Shown: positions 45,149 through 56,534, counted from the first letter of the whole stretch. The stretch: DNA of 63,771 nucleotides, filler included, from Trichomonas gallinae (GCA_008369845.1; 5 parts of 5 records of this genome joined end to end with filler, not necessarily neighbours in it); one strand, 5' to 3'. The notes: generated from the letters alone by a model not told the origin. Program-made: numbers and translations.

Positions 45149-46948
45149 TTAGACAGGATTAACATTACCAATAAACCTCGCGAATCTCTCTTCTTTGTTC
45201 AATGCCTGAAGGGCATCGTGTTCCATACACATCAAAGTTATCGTCGAGTTCTCGTGCACATTGGTCTCCTTAATACCCTTTATTATGTGCATCTCCACGA
45301 GCTGATTCGCGATGACGAGCATTGCCTGCTGCGAAATTGGGAATTTGACTTCCAATTGTGATTGAATGATTTTATGGCGCCTGCAGACATCTCTGACAGG
45401 GATAACAGTCCTCGTTGTCAGTCTCATATCCATCAAAAAGGCCGTCAAGAAAATTTGTTGTTGTTCAGATATCTTCGATAATAAAGTCAATGATCTAGTT
45501 GCCTGTAGTTCTCTGATTGTTGCTGTCATATTTGAGAGTGCAACTTTCTTAAGCTGGCCATTGTTCTCGCGATTATTCTCTGGAATCAAATCCAATGCAC
45601 GTTTACATGCTTCTAAAGCTTTTCTAGCATCACCACCGTAGTTTGCTATTTGTTTGCTGCAGTATTCGATCGCAGAATCTTCAAAAACATCTAACTCACC
45701 AACTCTCGAATTGATGATTTCCTTGAGTTCATCGTATTTATATGGATAGAACTTAACAGCAGTTTTTCCAAACCTTGATGCGAGCTTCGGCTTAAGTCTA
45801 GCGTCAAGATCCATCAAGTTAGCGATGCAAATAATAATGAAATGAGACTTGGGGAGGCCTGCCCACTCTAATAAGCAGTAGAGTTCATTCTGTTGGTTGG
45901 TGAGAAGAACATCTACTTCATCAACGAGAAGAATTATGTAGTTCTGCGGTGGATCATTTGTGAAAACATCGTTTAATGCTCTTTGGGCAGCAATTGAGTT
46001 AAGTTTCTCACCTGCCATTTGGCGCCACATTTCGACGAATATTTCCTTCGGCGACTCAAGCCTCAGACAGTTGACTTCGTAAAAATCGAATTCGAGCACA
46101 TCAGCGTTGAGCTGATCTCTTGCGAGTTGCTTCATGACTTCGCGTACGCAGAGTGTTTTACCGGTACCTGGGACACCAGAAATATATAAACAGTCGCCTC
46201 TTCCTTTTTGATTTAAAAATCTTACGAGAGTTTTGCTGATTTTGTCGATTTCATTAACGCGTCCAGCAACACTCTGAACGTTGCTCAGTTGCAGCCTTGC
46301 TTTGGCCATGTCATACTTAGAGAAACCTTCAACGCGCTCAATAACGTCTTCAGTCTGTTTCATTAAGCGGGTGATTGTACTCAAAGCAACAAACTCAAGA
46401 CGGGAAACGAGAAAACCTCTGTTGCAGAAAAACTCGCTGGTTAAAACTTCAACTGGTACATTCGCGATTGGTCCGAGAGCTTCAGGGGACTCGTAAACTT
46501 TGATTGTTGTCTTGATGGAGTCGACTGGTATCGTGTCTGTTTTCTCAGTGAGAAGTAATTCGCGCTGAAGAAGGAAACTCTTCGATTCCGATGGAACTTC
46601 TTCGCGGCGCCAGTACCAGTTGATCAAGCAGAACCTTTTATCTTCTGGTGTCCTCCAGAACCGAAGAATCCTTCCGCAGTACATAAAATCTTTACGAATG
46701 TATTGTTTGTCGTCTGTTAAAATTAAAACTGCGTCATTGATATGAATTGGCGTGCCTTCGCAATCGATTTTTTGATAGTATGTGTTGCCATCGATGCCTA
46801 AGATTCCTTCACCGACGAAATCTGGTTCTGGAAACTCAGTGAGGCGGAGAGAAGATACTTCATTGGTATTTGTTTTAACTTCTGTGCCATCTGGATTGAT
46901 TGTAGCAATCATGTTCGGTAGATTCGCAGAATCAAATTCTTCTCCCAT
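45149..46948 (-). CDS. ORC1: Origin recognition complex subunit 1 (BAH + AAA+ + winged helix; Orc1/Cdc6 family)
   Basis: BAH-like N-terminus (WYWR.EE, RELLLT...D.IPVDSI); YISGVPGTGKT Walker A; LVDEVD Walker B; IANLMDL, F.PY, GDARKALE.C; likely start ATG 46948. Confidence 0.88.
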   Translation of the reverse strand: MGEEFDSANLPNMIATINPDGTEVKTNTNEVSSLRLTEFPEPDFVGEGILGIDGNTYYQKIDCEGTPIHINDAVLILTDDKQYIRKDFMYCGRILRFWRTPEDKRFCLINWYWRREEVPSESKSFLLQRELLLTEKTDTIPVDSIKTTIKVYESPEALGPIANVPVEVLTSEFFCNRGFLVSRLEFVALSTITRLMKQTEDVIERVEGFSKYDMAKARLQLSNVQSVAGRVNEIDKISKTLVRFLNQKGRGDCLYISGVPGTGKTLCVREVMKQLARDQLNADVLEFDFYEVNCLRLESPKEIFVEMWRQMAGEKLNSIAAQRALNDVFTNDPPQNYIILLVDEVDVLLTNQQNELYCLLEWAGLPKSHFIIICIANLMDLDARLKPKLASRFGKTAVKFYPYKYDELKEIINSRVGELDVFEDSAIEYCSKQIANYGGDARKALEACKRALDLIPENNRENNGQLKKVALSNMTATIRELQATRSLTLLSKISEQQQIFLTAFLMDMRLTTRTVIPVRDVCRRHKIIQSQLEVKFPISQQAMLVIANQLVEMHIIKGIKETNVHENSTITLMCMEHDALQALNKEERFARFIGNVNPV

Positions 46949-46967
46949 TTTGAAAAGTAACATATAA

Positions 46968-47016
46968 TTACATGTCAAAAATCAAATTTACACAACAGAA
47001 AATAGTTTACATGTCA
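46968..47016 (-). repeat. Three units of the TGACATGTAAA ~20-bp repeat upstream of ORC1
   Basis: On + strand: TTACATGTCA at 46968, TTTACACAACA at 46987, TTTACATGTCA at 47006. Confidence 0.65.
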
Positions 47017-48441
47017 AAATATTATTCTTTTTTTTTGTGCTTTGCATGAAATGTTTATATTGATTAAGTGTTTCTATTATCTCAGCTTTATAATAGTCAA
47101 ATATCACGCGATGGGCAGCCATTATTAGCAATTTGACCATAAAATACCAAAGAACTCATTTTATATCCTTGTTGAAGTTATTTCAACGAATATAATCTAT
47201 TGTAATCGAAGCGACTACATATATATGACATACAAAACAATTACTAACTTATAGAGTAAATAACGTATTATCCACAGTCAACGGGAATGACTATTTATTA
47301 CTTGCGGATTAATATCATAGACGTAAATTAGACCAACAAAGAGACTTGATGCTCTTAGAAGTCATTATCATTCTCAAGTAGCAAATTTAGGGAAAAAGTA
47401 ATCGAAAATACACGATTCCTGACCAACTCAATCATTCTATATGGTTAAAAGATCCTGTTGACCAGAAATCATGTAATTTCGATCACTATTCATACATTTG
47501 TTTTTATTTGCATACTTAGAAGCCAATTTTAATATGATAATTACAATACTTACTGTGTTTTTTTGATGTGTGCTATAGTTATTTTGTATATTGCTGTCTG
47601 ATAGTTTCATGAGGTAAATTCGAACTTTTGCTGTCTTTAGTATTTAAAACAGTAGAATGAGGAGCAAATTGTCTCAACACCAACTTTGCATTGCAGTTAC
47701 TAATTTGCAGGAAAAAGAAGATTGAGCTGGAAAATTAAAAATGACATCTTCTGTAAAGTGATGCGGCAGCCTAAAGGAGAAATCGGGCAAAACGACATGC
47801 TTACTTAAGATTTATAGATTTTGACTGATTTTAATATTTGAGCATTTTCAAAATCAAAGAAAAGGGGTATGTCTCATTGTAAACATGAGAATAATGCCTA
47901 TAAACATTATGTTTTTGATGATGTTAATCTGCGGTTGGAGAATGAATATATGAAACAATTTCGTATTATCTTTCCTATGTATTCTAATCTATAACTTTAA
48001 CTTATTTATGCTGTATATATTATTTCTATGCTGATGAATAGGCCCATTTTGAGTGAAAAATATGGTGAAGAATTGAAATTAAAGAATTTCAGACCTTTTG
48101 GCAAAAATCGACAAAATATAACAGCTGAGTAGCTCGAAAATTATGAAATTATTAAGCGAAAGTGCTTTAGAGATTTGACATTAATTTTTAAACAGCGAAT
48201 TTATTCTTCTTCTCCATTCCTTATTGACGCCAAATGCGAAGAAAAAGGTGGTTACATAGTTTGTAACGCTCATGGGCAATGTGAAAAATACAAAGATGTC
48301 ACATTTCATTTTGCAAGAAGGCCATTGTCCCACTTCAGTATGACATCTTATACCTGGGATTTATTCGTTTAAAAGTTTTATTTCATATTTCAGCCAGTCA
48401 GATTGAAATTTAAGTGTCAAACCGCCCGAGTACAATAATAA

Positions 48442-48981
48442 ATGAGCAAGGCAAATGAAATCAAGCTTGTCGTTATTGGCGATGGTGCCGTCGGCAAGAC
48501 ATCTTTGCTGACTGTTCTCAAAGGTGAGCCGTTTCCAGAGAGATACGTCCCAACAGTTTTCGATAACTATGCTTTAGATGTTACACATAACAACAAACCA
48601 TACAGGCTTCATATTTGGGATACTGCTGGTCAGGATGAATTCGATAGACTTCGTCCACTCTCTTATCAAGATGCTAAAGTCATTCTTATTTGTTTCGAAC
48701 TCGATAAACGCGCAAGCTTTACAAACCTCTCAGATCGCTGGGTTGCTGAAGTTAACTACTTCTGCAAGGAAGTTAAAATGATTCTTGTTGGTTGCAAGTC
48801 TGACCTTAGAGATGGTTCTAATGACAGTGTTTCAGATGATGAAGCTTTGCAATTCGCTAAGCAGCACGGCAACATTCCATATATTGCCACATCGGCTAAG
48901 CAAGGTACTGGCTGTGATAAGGTCTTCCCAACTGCGATTGATATTACTCAAGCAAAGAAGAAAAAGTGCGACATCCTCTAA
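48442..48981 (+). CDS. Rho-family (Rac-like) small GTPase
   Basis: GDGAVGKT, YVPTVFDNY, WDTAGQ, LRPLSY, GCKSDL; polybasic tail and CaaX (KKKKCDIL). Confidence 0.95.
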   Translation: MSKANEIKLVVIGDGAVGKTSLLTVLKGEPFPERYVPTVFDNYALDVTHNNKPYRLHIWDTAGQDEFDRLRPLSYQDAKVILICFELDKRASFTNLSDRWVAEVNYFCKEVKMILVGCKSDLRDGSNDSVSDDEALQFAKQHGNIPYIATSAKQGTGCDKVFPTAIDITQAKKKKCDIL

Positions 48982-50148
48982 ACGGATCATTCTTCGTTTA
49001 TTAAATCACCTTTTATTTTTCTACTTTAATTTCAATTTTGATTTTGTCATTATATTCTCAACCACATTAATCATTGTTGGTAGAGGGCCAAAACCGAAAT
49101 TTTATTATCTTTTTTCGAGAAATATGGGCCCTGGAAGTTTGAAATCGGCCCTTGTTGTAGCTTTTTAAGGCGATAATATTTTTATATATATGCTTTATTC
49201 GACGATTAAGACCATAACTCAAACCATAAATTTTATGACAGCAGATATAAATATTTCTGCAAGAATACTTCGATTCTGAAACGAATTTATTAATTTAACT
49301 TTTATTTACTGATCTCCGACCTTTTCTACAAAAATTAAGGAGAAGACATGACAGGGTTTCTAAATCCGAGAAAATACTCGAATGTTCAGTTAAGGTCTTT
49401 TTCCGACCAAATATCGTCCTATCGTCACATTTTCTTACACTATACAAAAAGCTTTTTGTTTGTCAAAGGGAAGATCATAATCATCGTGCATTATTGTGCC
49501 AAGCCATTCGTACGGCCATATGATCGTGGATATATTAGCGGGAATTAAATAACTATTAAGGAAAACACTGAAAAAGTTAAAATAATTTAGTCATTTTACG
49601 GGCGCGAAATATCAAATATGATTTTTTAAACATCTGGCTTATGATTAATTTATTATTAAATTGTTTCTCAATTTTGAGATATTTGTCAGGTTTTGCGTGA
49701 AATATTTTAAAACTGACATGTAAATTTTTGTAAACATATCAAAAATTCATAATATTCACAAATTTGTTTCTTTATTAATTAATGCCTTGATATTATTTTA
49801 ATCATATTTTTTTTGTCAAACCTCATGAAAATTAATTTATAGATTTCTCTTGTTATTCATAATATGCTGCCATCCAATAAGCTATTTTCCATTAAAAATC
49901 ATATTATTTACCTTATTTTTTGGAAATTAGGAAAAATCGTTTGATCAGATTTATGCATGAAAATCATAATATAGACAGTCCTAGGCTAGTACTTTTTAAA
50001 TCCAAAAGATTGAGACATGAAATGAATTTTATTGAGAATTGCTTTGTGGTTTGAAAGATAACAATATCAGGCTAATATACATAACATTTAGATATAAAAT
50101 AGACGAATGGCTGACAACAACATAGAAAAAAAGAAAGAAAAACCAAAA

Positions 50149-51342
50149 TTATTTCTTGATCTTGTGAGTTTGCGGTGATTTTCTGGGACTAAGAGATTCA
50201 ACGATTTTAATAGTCTCATCTAAGTACTTTTTCCTCTTCTCCCACTTGATTTTCTCATGATCTGCATTTGCAACCATTGATAGAGTTGACATGTGTGTGT
50301 AAATAGGCTCCTTAGGCACATTATCCAATACTTTTTGCAACTTGTCTTGTAGCTCCCTTTCTTTCTTCCTCAATTTATGGAGAGATACTGAATACAAATC
50401 TTCTTGGGCTTTGAGCTTTTTGTTGACAATGTTATTGATAATATTTGGAATTGGCTCAGATTTTATGTTTTGACACTCAGGGAAAGATGCAACAATATCG
50501 TTTTTGATCTCTGAAATTGCTTCTGATTTTATCATTGCTGGGATTTCGCGAATTGCTATCTCAATTTCAGCAATGTGATCGTAAGCTGATGAAGCCTTTA
50601 CTGTTTGCAAAGTTCTATTCGTTGGATGAATTTCATGAAGAATATCAAGTAAAGCATTACATATCAAAGTGCATCTCTTTGTATCATCTGTTTCACTTAC
50701 AAGTGTACTGTCATATTCTTTCATTCTCAAAGACGATTTGCGCAATTGTTGATTATTACAAATCTTTATATATTTCATTACATCATGGGAAATTGTTTTA
50801 AACTGTTGATGGATCATCCTCAATTGCGAATTTATAATAGTTTTCATTTGATTTAATTCTTTTTTGAATAATCTGCATGTTGTTCTAGTATTATCTAGGA
50901 ATTCATTAATTGAAACGATTTGCAAATCCTTTGATTGAAGTTGCGTGGTGATAAATGAACTTCGAGATTCAAATTTATCATTTGATAAGGAAGAAGTCTT
51001 TTTCATGTCAAAATATTTCTCTCTTAGCATAGTATTTTGTTCTTGAAGATAAGAATTCTTCACCGATGACTTCTTTAATAATGATTTTAATTCTATTTCG
51101 TATGAATTCCTTTCTGCGATTGTTTGTTCAAGTTTATCGATTGTATCTTGCAAATATTTTTCTCTTTCGCTCTTTAAAGATACAGAAAGCGCTTTTTCTA
51201 AATTTTTAGAAACCGTTATTGGATCAATATGCTTAGATTTAAGTAATTTTCTGGTTTTCTCAGTCATTATCTGCTGTACAGTAGTACTGATGAAGTATGA
51301 AAGATGCTGCATTCGCGCATCAACAAATGCATAATCTTCCAT
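50149..51342 (-). CDS. Coiled-coil hypothetical protein
   Basis: 397-aa ORF with K/E/Q/L heptads. Confidence 0.72.
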   Translation of the reverse strand: MEDYAFVDARMQHLSYFISTTVQQIMTEKTRKLLKSKHIDPITVSKNLEKALSVSLKSEREKYLQDTIDKLEQTIAERNSYEIELKSLLKKSSVKNSYLQEQNTMLREKYFDMKKTSSLSNDKFESRSSFITTQLQSKDLQIVSINEFLDNTRTTCRLFKKELNQMKTIINSQLRMIHQQFKTISHDVMKYIKICNNQQLRKSSLRMKEYDSTLVSETDDTKRCTLICNALLDILHEIHPTNRTLQTVKASSAYDHIAEIEIAIREIPAMIKSEAISEIKNDIVASFPECQNIKSEPIPNIINNIVNKKLKAQEDLYSVSLHKLRKKERELQDKLQKVLDNVPKEPIYTHMSTLSMVANADHEKIKWEKRKKYLDETIKIVESLSPRKSPQTHKIKK

Positions 51343-51408
51343 TTTTTAATTAAAATTTTGAGGGTCTAACAAAAAACAACAGGGGAGAATTAAATTATTT
51401 TTTGAAAA

Positions 51409-53604
51409 ATGCAAGAAATCATTGATATTGCTAGACAACTAACAATGCCAGATCAAACTAATGTCGTAGAGATACAGGATATATTAATGAATACTGATCC
51501 TACTCAGCTATTATCATGTTTTCTTGAAATTGATAACCAAAATGTTGCATTAATCCTATTTTATGCAATGAAAAATTCTAGTTTGTTTGGTGGATATTTC
51601 AATTCTTATACATATGAACAGCTATTCACTTTATTCCAAAATCTATATAATCAATTAGACAAATTTGCATTAGCACAGAATCCTTACATCAATCTTCTCG
51701 AGTTATCCTTTAATTTCCATCAAATTCATTTCCAAAACAATTTAGAATCATTTTTAAATTTTATTAACAACACAGAAACAAATTACAATAAAATCATCGT
51801 CTTTTTGATACTTGTTATACGAAATATTGATTACAATAAGATAGAAAAAGAAATTATTCAATATTTTAAACAATTTTTAGTAAATATTATCGAAATACTT
51901 CATTTGGCACCAAATACAGTAGAATCTGAACTTCAATGCAGTTATATTAAGTCATTTGTTCAGTTTTGGGCTAAATTGGTTGATTTTAACGAATTATTGC
52001 CTCTTTTCGATGTGTATGGAATTGATTCACCACATTTATCATCATATTCAAGTTTAATATCACAAATTATTGTATCAAAATATCCAGATTTATCGGATTT
52101 TCTAGAAAAAATATTCAATTTTTATCAATTCGTCTATTCTATTGATCCTCAAGTATATTTTAAATCAATTATGACAATAGCAGAGTATGAGTATAGTATA
52201 AAACAGAAAAATGACAATTTGCATGAAAACTATTTTACTAAGAATGCGAAACCATTTTATAGCACTGCAACAACTCTTTATACATCATTGCAACCAAATG
52301 AAATGACAATTAATGAAAGCTATTATCTTTATTTATTAAATCTCGATAATGATAAGATTTTCGAGTGGAGTTGCCCATATTTTCTTGAAATCATTAATAG
52401 TAGCGAAATACAAAGTATAATGCACTTGATTATATTACTACCACGCACTCAAAAAATATTTAATTTTATTATGCCTAATAGAGAGTTAATATTGAGTGCA
52501 TTACTGAGCCAAGAGATTACAATAGAGAATACATGCGAAATATTCACTAATTTTCCTGAAATTATTCAAAATATTATTGAAATCGACTCAATTATTGATA
52601 ATTTAGATATGCTACTAATTACAAATTGTTTTGAATCTTTGCCTCAAAACTTTGTACTTTACAATAATGATACAATTCATCATATATATGAACATCTTTT
52701 TAATATCTTATCGAAACCAATCGATATTAGTGTAGAAAACGTTGATTTAATATTATCATCATTGATATCAATCACTCCTGAATATTTATGCTCTGATCTT
52801 GAAATTTCGATGCAAATAATTTTATCAAACAAAAATCTATTTTATTCAGTAAGTTCTTTAGTTGATAAAATTGGAGAACAGTCTGATAATCTTTATATTC
52901 AACTCTTTGATTACGTTTTCCACAAATGTGATGAATCTTCTGATATTTTGATTGCTCTATCTCATATTGTTAAACAATGTACAAATATCATACCAGAAGT
53001 TGCCCAAGACATCATTAACGCCATTCACAAATACATGGAAATTGATTTAATCAAATCAGCAGATTTAATTTCAAACTTTTCTTTAAGATTCAGAGAAGCA
53101 GTTAAACAGCTTGGTGAAGAGGTTTTTCTTCATCTATGTCAAGTGAATTCCGAAGATGGATACGAATTAAAGTCGATCGCAGACATGATTGTGTCGATTG
53201 ATGCTTTTGATGTTGTTGAGAAACAATTCATCGAGAAAATATCGAATTCTCTGGCTAATTTACAAAGGTCATCATCTGCAACTTTTGCTGTCAATGTAGG
53301 TTATATTCTGATGGTTGCAGGTGGAACATATTTCGCAAGAGAGACGCCGTATGAAGATGAATACATTGATTTGCTTATTTCTTATCTACAGAAATCACAA
53401 TCAATTGATGATGACTTTGATGAGCTGTGCGCTCTTTATATACAAGCTGCAAAGACTGTCATTGTGTTCACGAAACACTTGAAGCCAGCATCTTCGAGAA
53501 GACTGTTGAAAAGGAATATTATACAGATCCTTAAAAATGGTGAAACGTTTGAAAGAACGAATAATATTTGTTTCACCGCATTGCAAAAACTGAAAGGAGC
53601 ATAA
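51409..53604 (+). CDS. Hypothetical HEAT/importin-beta-like helical protein
   Basis: 731-aa ORF, helical Ile/Leu-rich; head-to-head with the previous gene across 66 bp. Confidence 0.65.
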   Translation: MQEIIDIARQLTMPDQTNVVEIQDILMNTDPTQLLSCFLEIDNQNVALILFYAMKNSSLFGGYFNSYTYEQLFTLFQNLYNQLDKFALAQNPYINLLELSFNFHQIHFQNNLESFLNFINNTETNYNKIIVFLILVIRNIDYNKIEKEIIQYFKQFLVNIIEILHLAPNTVESELQCSYIKSFVQFWAKLVDFNELLPLFDVYGIDSPHLSSYSSLISQIIVSKYPDLSDFLEKIFNFYQFVYSIDPQVYFKSIMTIAEYEYSIKQKNDNLHENYFTKNAKPFYSTATTLYTSLQPNEMTINESYYLYLLNLDNDKIFEWSCPYFLEIINSSEIQSIMHLIILLPRTQKIFNFIMPNRELILSALLSQEITIENTCEIFTNFPEIIQNIIEIDSIIDNLDMLLITNCFESLPQNFVLYNNDTIHHIYEHLFNILSKPIDISVENVDLILSSLISITPEYLCSDLEISMQIILSNKNLFYSVSSLVDKIGEQSDNLYIQLFDYVFHKCDESSDILIALSHIVKQCTNIIPEVAQDIINAIHKYMEIDLIKSADLISNFSLRFREAVKQLGEEVFLHLCQVNSEDGYELKSIADMIVSIDAFDVVEKQFIEKISNSLANLQRSSSATFAVNVGYILMVAGGTYFARETPYEDEYIDLLISYLQKSQSIDDDFDELCALYIQAAKTVIVFTKHLKPASSRRLLKRNIIQILKNGETFERTNNICFTALQKLKGA

Positions 53605-53885
53605 CTCATTGTATTCGTTTTTTATATTTTTCAAAATAGGATAGTTGGTTTTATATATATAATAATGAAAATCATGAAATAATTTGCTTAGGCTTAAAGA
53701 TAGAATAATTGAAAAATAAATTAATGCGTTTTGTGAATAAATAATATTAGTTGGCTTTGGAATTCAACCTGTTTGAAGATTAGCGAAATTTTGTTTGCAA
53801 AAAGTTTACATGTCAAACCAATTCAATTTCAATCAATTTGCCAGATTATCTTTATATATATTAAACTAAATTAAGAAGATGTAAT

Positions 53886-53958
53886 GGCACGATGGCCGAG
53901 TGGTTAAGGCGTGGGATTAGAGTCCCCATGGGCTTGTCCCGCATCAGTTCAAATCTGG
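53886..53958 (+). tRNA. tRNA-Ser(AGA), 3' end cut by the contig end
   Basis: GGCACGA TG GCC-GAGTGGTTAA-GGC G TGGGA-TT AGA GT-CCCCA, long variable arm TGGGCTTGTCCCGC, ATCAG-TTCAAAT-CTGG. Confidence 0.85.
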
Positions 53959-54058
53959 NNNNNNNNNNNNNNNNNNNNNNNNNNNNNNNNNNNNNNNNNN
54001 NNTTAATTAATTAANNNNNNNNNNNNNNNNNNNNNNNNNNNNNNNNNNNNNNNNNNNN
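53959..54058. other. Artificial contig linker
   Basis: N44-TTAATTAATTAA-N44. Confidence 0.97.
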
Positions 54059-54361
54059 AAACTTTGGCCCTAGATTTTTCGCTCAAAATCTGTAATTAAT
54101 TCAAGTGATGTCTGATGAATTTATGATTAAGCGCACGAGTAAATTCAACTAGGAACCCTGAAGAAAATGGGCTCATTTGTGTGTGTGTTCAGATTCGCAA
54201 CTTTGTTACGCCCCTTCTTATCGATTTGATTAGAAATTATATCAGAAGCAATATTACGCAAAAATTTTTTTCCTTATCATCGCCATTCAAAACCAAACTG
54301 ATGTATTTTGGACCAGGATATGATTTAAAGAACAATCAGAAAAAACACATTTAAAAATCTT

Positions 54362-55048
54362 CCTCCCTCCCAAGATTTTCCTAACTTCTTCCTCCTCAAA
54401 ATTCAGAGAATTTCTGAGCTTGTCAAAACATTTCAAATTGATGAAGAAATTTCATTAATTCTTAGAGCACTCATGATCGAACATTTCTATGAAAAATCAC
54501 CTGATAAATTATCATAAGCATTTTCAGGAATGGAATAAAGATTGTTTCTCAATTTCACCTCTCCAGAACTTAAAGTAAAACATGAAAACCAAGTTGCACA
54601 ATTATTCATTAAACTTGCACGACAAAATCCCAATTTTGCCAAAAAATTCGAGCTCATAAATATAGAGTGTGTTTCAACATATTTAATTTATGAACTATTG
54701 AAGATCAATGAGACAGCAAAATTAAACGAATTAAGTTCGTATTTTTACAAACAGCTTAAGTTATTGTCCTAACGACAACTAAAATTTTATGGAGTTAAAT
54801 ATCCTAGGACATTTGCAATTATCATTGAAAGAAAAGAAAATATCCCATAAACGTTAGGTAGAAACGTTCAGAATTACATTGCATACAAGAATGCTCAAAT
54901 TATTTCGATAGAAAACATATATGGTGGAACGGAAATATCAGTTAATAAAGCCAAGTCTTGATCAAATTATTGTTTTGAAAAATTTAAAATCAATAATGGA
55001 GAAAGTGCTGCTCAATTCAAAATCGCTTGCGTAAAGTTCGATGACTAG
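54362..55048 (+). pseudogene. Decayed gene with in-frame stops, family unknown
   Basis: One frame reads protein-like for ~229 codons, interrupted at TAA 54515, 54536, 54770, 54848 and TGA 54959; includes track ORF 54542-54772. Confidence 0.55.
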
Positions 55049-55238
55049 TTCGTATTTTGAAGGAGAAGCAATAATAGTATAGTGCTACTTTTTGAGCATA
55101 CTACATATATATACATATTTATATTAATTCCCAACAATTGCAGAGTTACTTATTAAACACTCATTTAAACCAAAAATAAAGTTTTTGAAATAGGTGTAAA
55201 ATTGAGCACATATCAAAAAAGAACTATATATAAATACT

Positions 55239-56534
55239 TTATTGCTTCTTGCTGAAGGCCGTTACGACCTCCATCACAGCCTGGAACGTGCAGGCGATGG
55301 TGACAATGATAGTGAATATGCTGATGCAGCACGCGACGAATATCCTGTAGAACGGCTCGTCGTGCTGGTTGAACAAGTAGAATAGGCATGGGAGCAGGAA
55401 GATGAGCGCAGGTGTGAAGAGTCCACCGACGATGTCGAAGAACAGGATGACGTTGTCGCTCGACGCAGCAAAGCCGGCCGATCCAGCAGTCAGAAAAGCG
55501 GCCATGAGGATCCACCTTGTTGTCGTTGGACGGTCGCCCCAGAACATGTCGTTGATCGAGATTCTCGCGGCCCAAATAACAATCGGGACAGAGAGGATCA
55601 TGACGAAAACAATGCCACCGACAGTAATGTTCGTGAGAATGTTTGTCTCCGAATAAGCTTCGAGCGCTGAGCCGTTCTTGAGGTTATCGAAGAGATACAT
55701 GTATGTGAAGAGGCCGAATATGTTGTACACAACATACACAACGAGGTCTGTGAAGAAGGCGATGATTACGCCTTTCTTGTATGTTGCATCCTTTTGATGC
55801 TCGAGAGTTGGATAAAGATTCATGTGGCAATTGAATCCCATCGAATAAACAGACATTGCTGTGATTAATACTGGAGAAAATTTAAACCAAACAACGTTTG
55901 CTGAGATATCAATTGTATGGCGGACTTGGCCAACGACAAACCAATATCCAGCATGTATAATGAGTAATATGATACATGCGCTAGAAAGATATGCAAGATT
56001 CTGTAAATATTTGATTGATTTCAAACAGACCAATGGGAAAACGAAGAGTGCAGCGAAAATGAGGATCCAAAACGGGTGACTGCCAAGTATTCCTGGATCA
56101 TCATCGTGATTTATAGTCTTTGGAACAAGTCTTCCTATCCAGTGGCAATAAATTATACAAGATCCGAACTGAACTAGGAAAATCATTGTTTGAGGAATCC
56201 AGACTGTTTTCTTACCGAATGTGGCTGTCATGAGGCCTGTGTAATCGTATGCTTTCGTGAAATGTGAAGCGAGACAGAAAAATGAAAGTGTTGAAAATCC
56301 GATGAATGCAAATAGTAAGGACATTAGAAGTGATGTACCAATACCAGATGTGTAGCAGTATGGAACCATAAGTGTTCCCGAGCCAATCGCAGTATTGCAT
56401 AATATTTGAACTGAATCAATAATTTTTGAGTCAGCAGGCATCTCCTCCTGGTAGATTTTTTCGTCCATGTAATCATTAGGATCAGCAAAAGTCGAAGATG
56501 ATTGTAATATTGGCTCCTTATCTATATTTATCAT
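55239..56534 (-). CDS. Amino-acid transporter (AAAP/SLC38, Aa_trans)
   Basis: NTAIGSGTL.VPY, ~11 TM segments, GFNCH, VGG......F.LP. Confidence 0.9.
   Translation of the reverse strand: MINIDKEPILQSSSTFADPNDYMDEKIYQEEMPADSKIIDSVQILCNTAIGSGTLMVPYCYTSGIGTSLLMSLLFAFIGFSTLSFFCLASHFTKAYDYTGLMTATFGKKTVWIPQTMIFLVQFGSCIIYCHWIGRLVPKTINHDDDPGILGSHPFWILIFAALFVFPLVCLKSIKYLQNLAYLSSACIILLIIHAGYWFVVGQVRHTIDISANVVWFKFSPVLITAMSVYSMGFNCHMNLYPTLEHQKDATYKKGVIIAFFTDLVVYVVYNIFGLFTYMYLFDNLKNGSALEAYSETNILTNITVGGIVFVMILSVPIVIWAARISINDMFWGDRPTTTRWILMAAFLTAGSAGFAASSDNVILFFDIVGGLFTPALIFLLPCLFYLFNQHDEPFYRIFVACCISIFTIIVTIACTFQAVMEVVTAFSKKQ

Noticed and set aside
47100..47900. Coding-like patches between ORC1 and Rac (similar patch at 49080-49560)
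   Set aside because: Many stops in the frames examined and no recognisable family; cannot support a call without a search
4584..55048. TAA-to-Gln reassigned genetic code suggested by in-frame TAA codons
   Set aside because: Conserved genes (RPL9, Rac, HIUase, xylulokinase) end at TAA exactly at their expected C-termini
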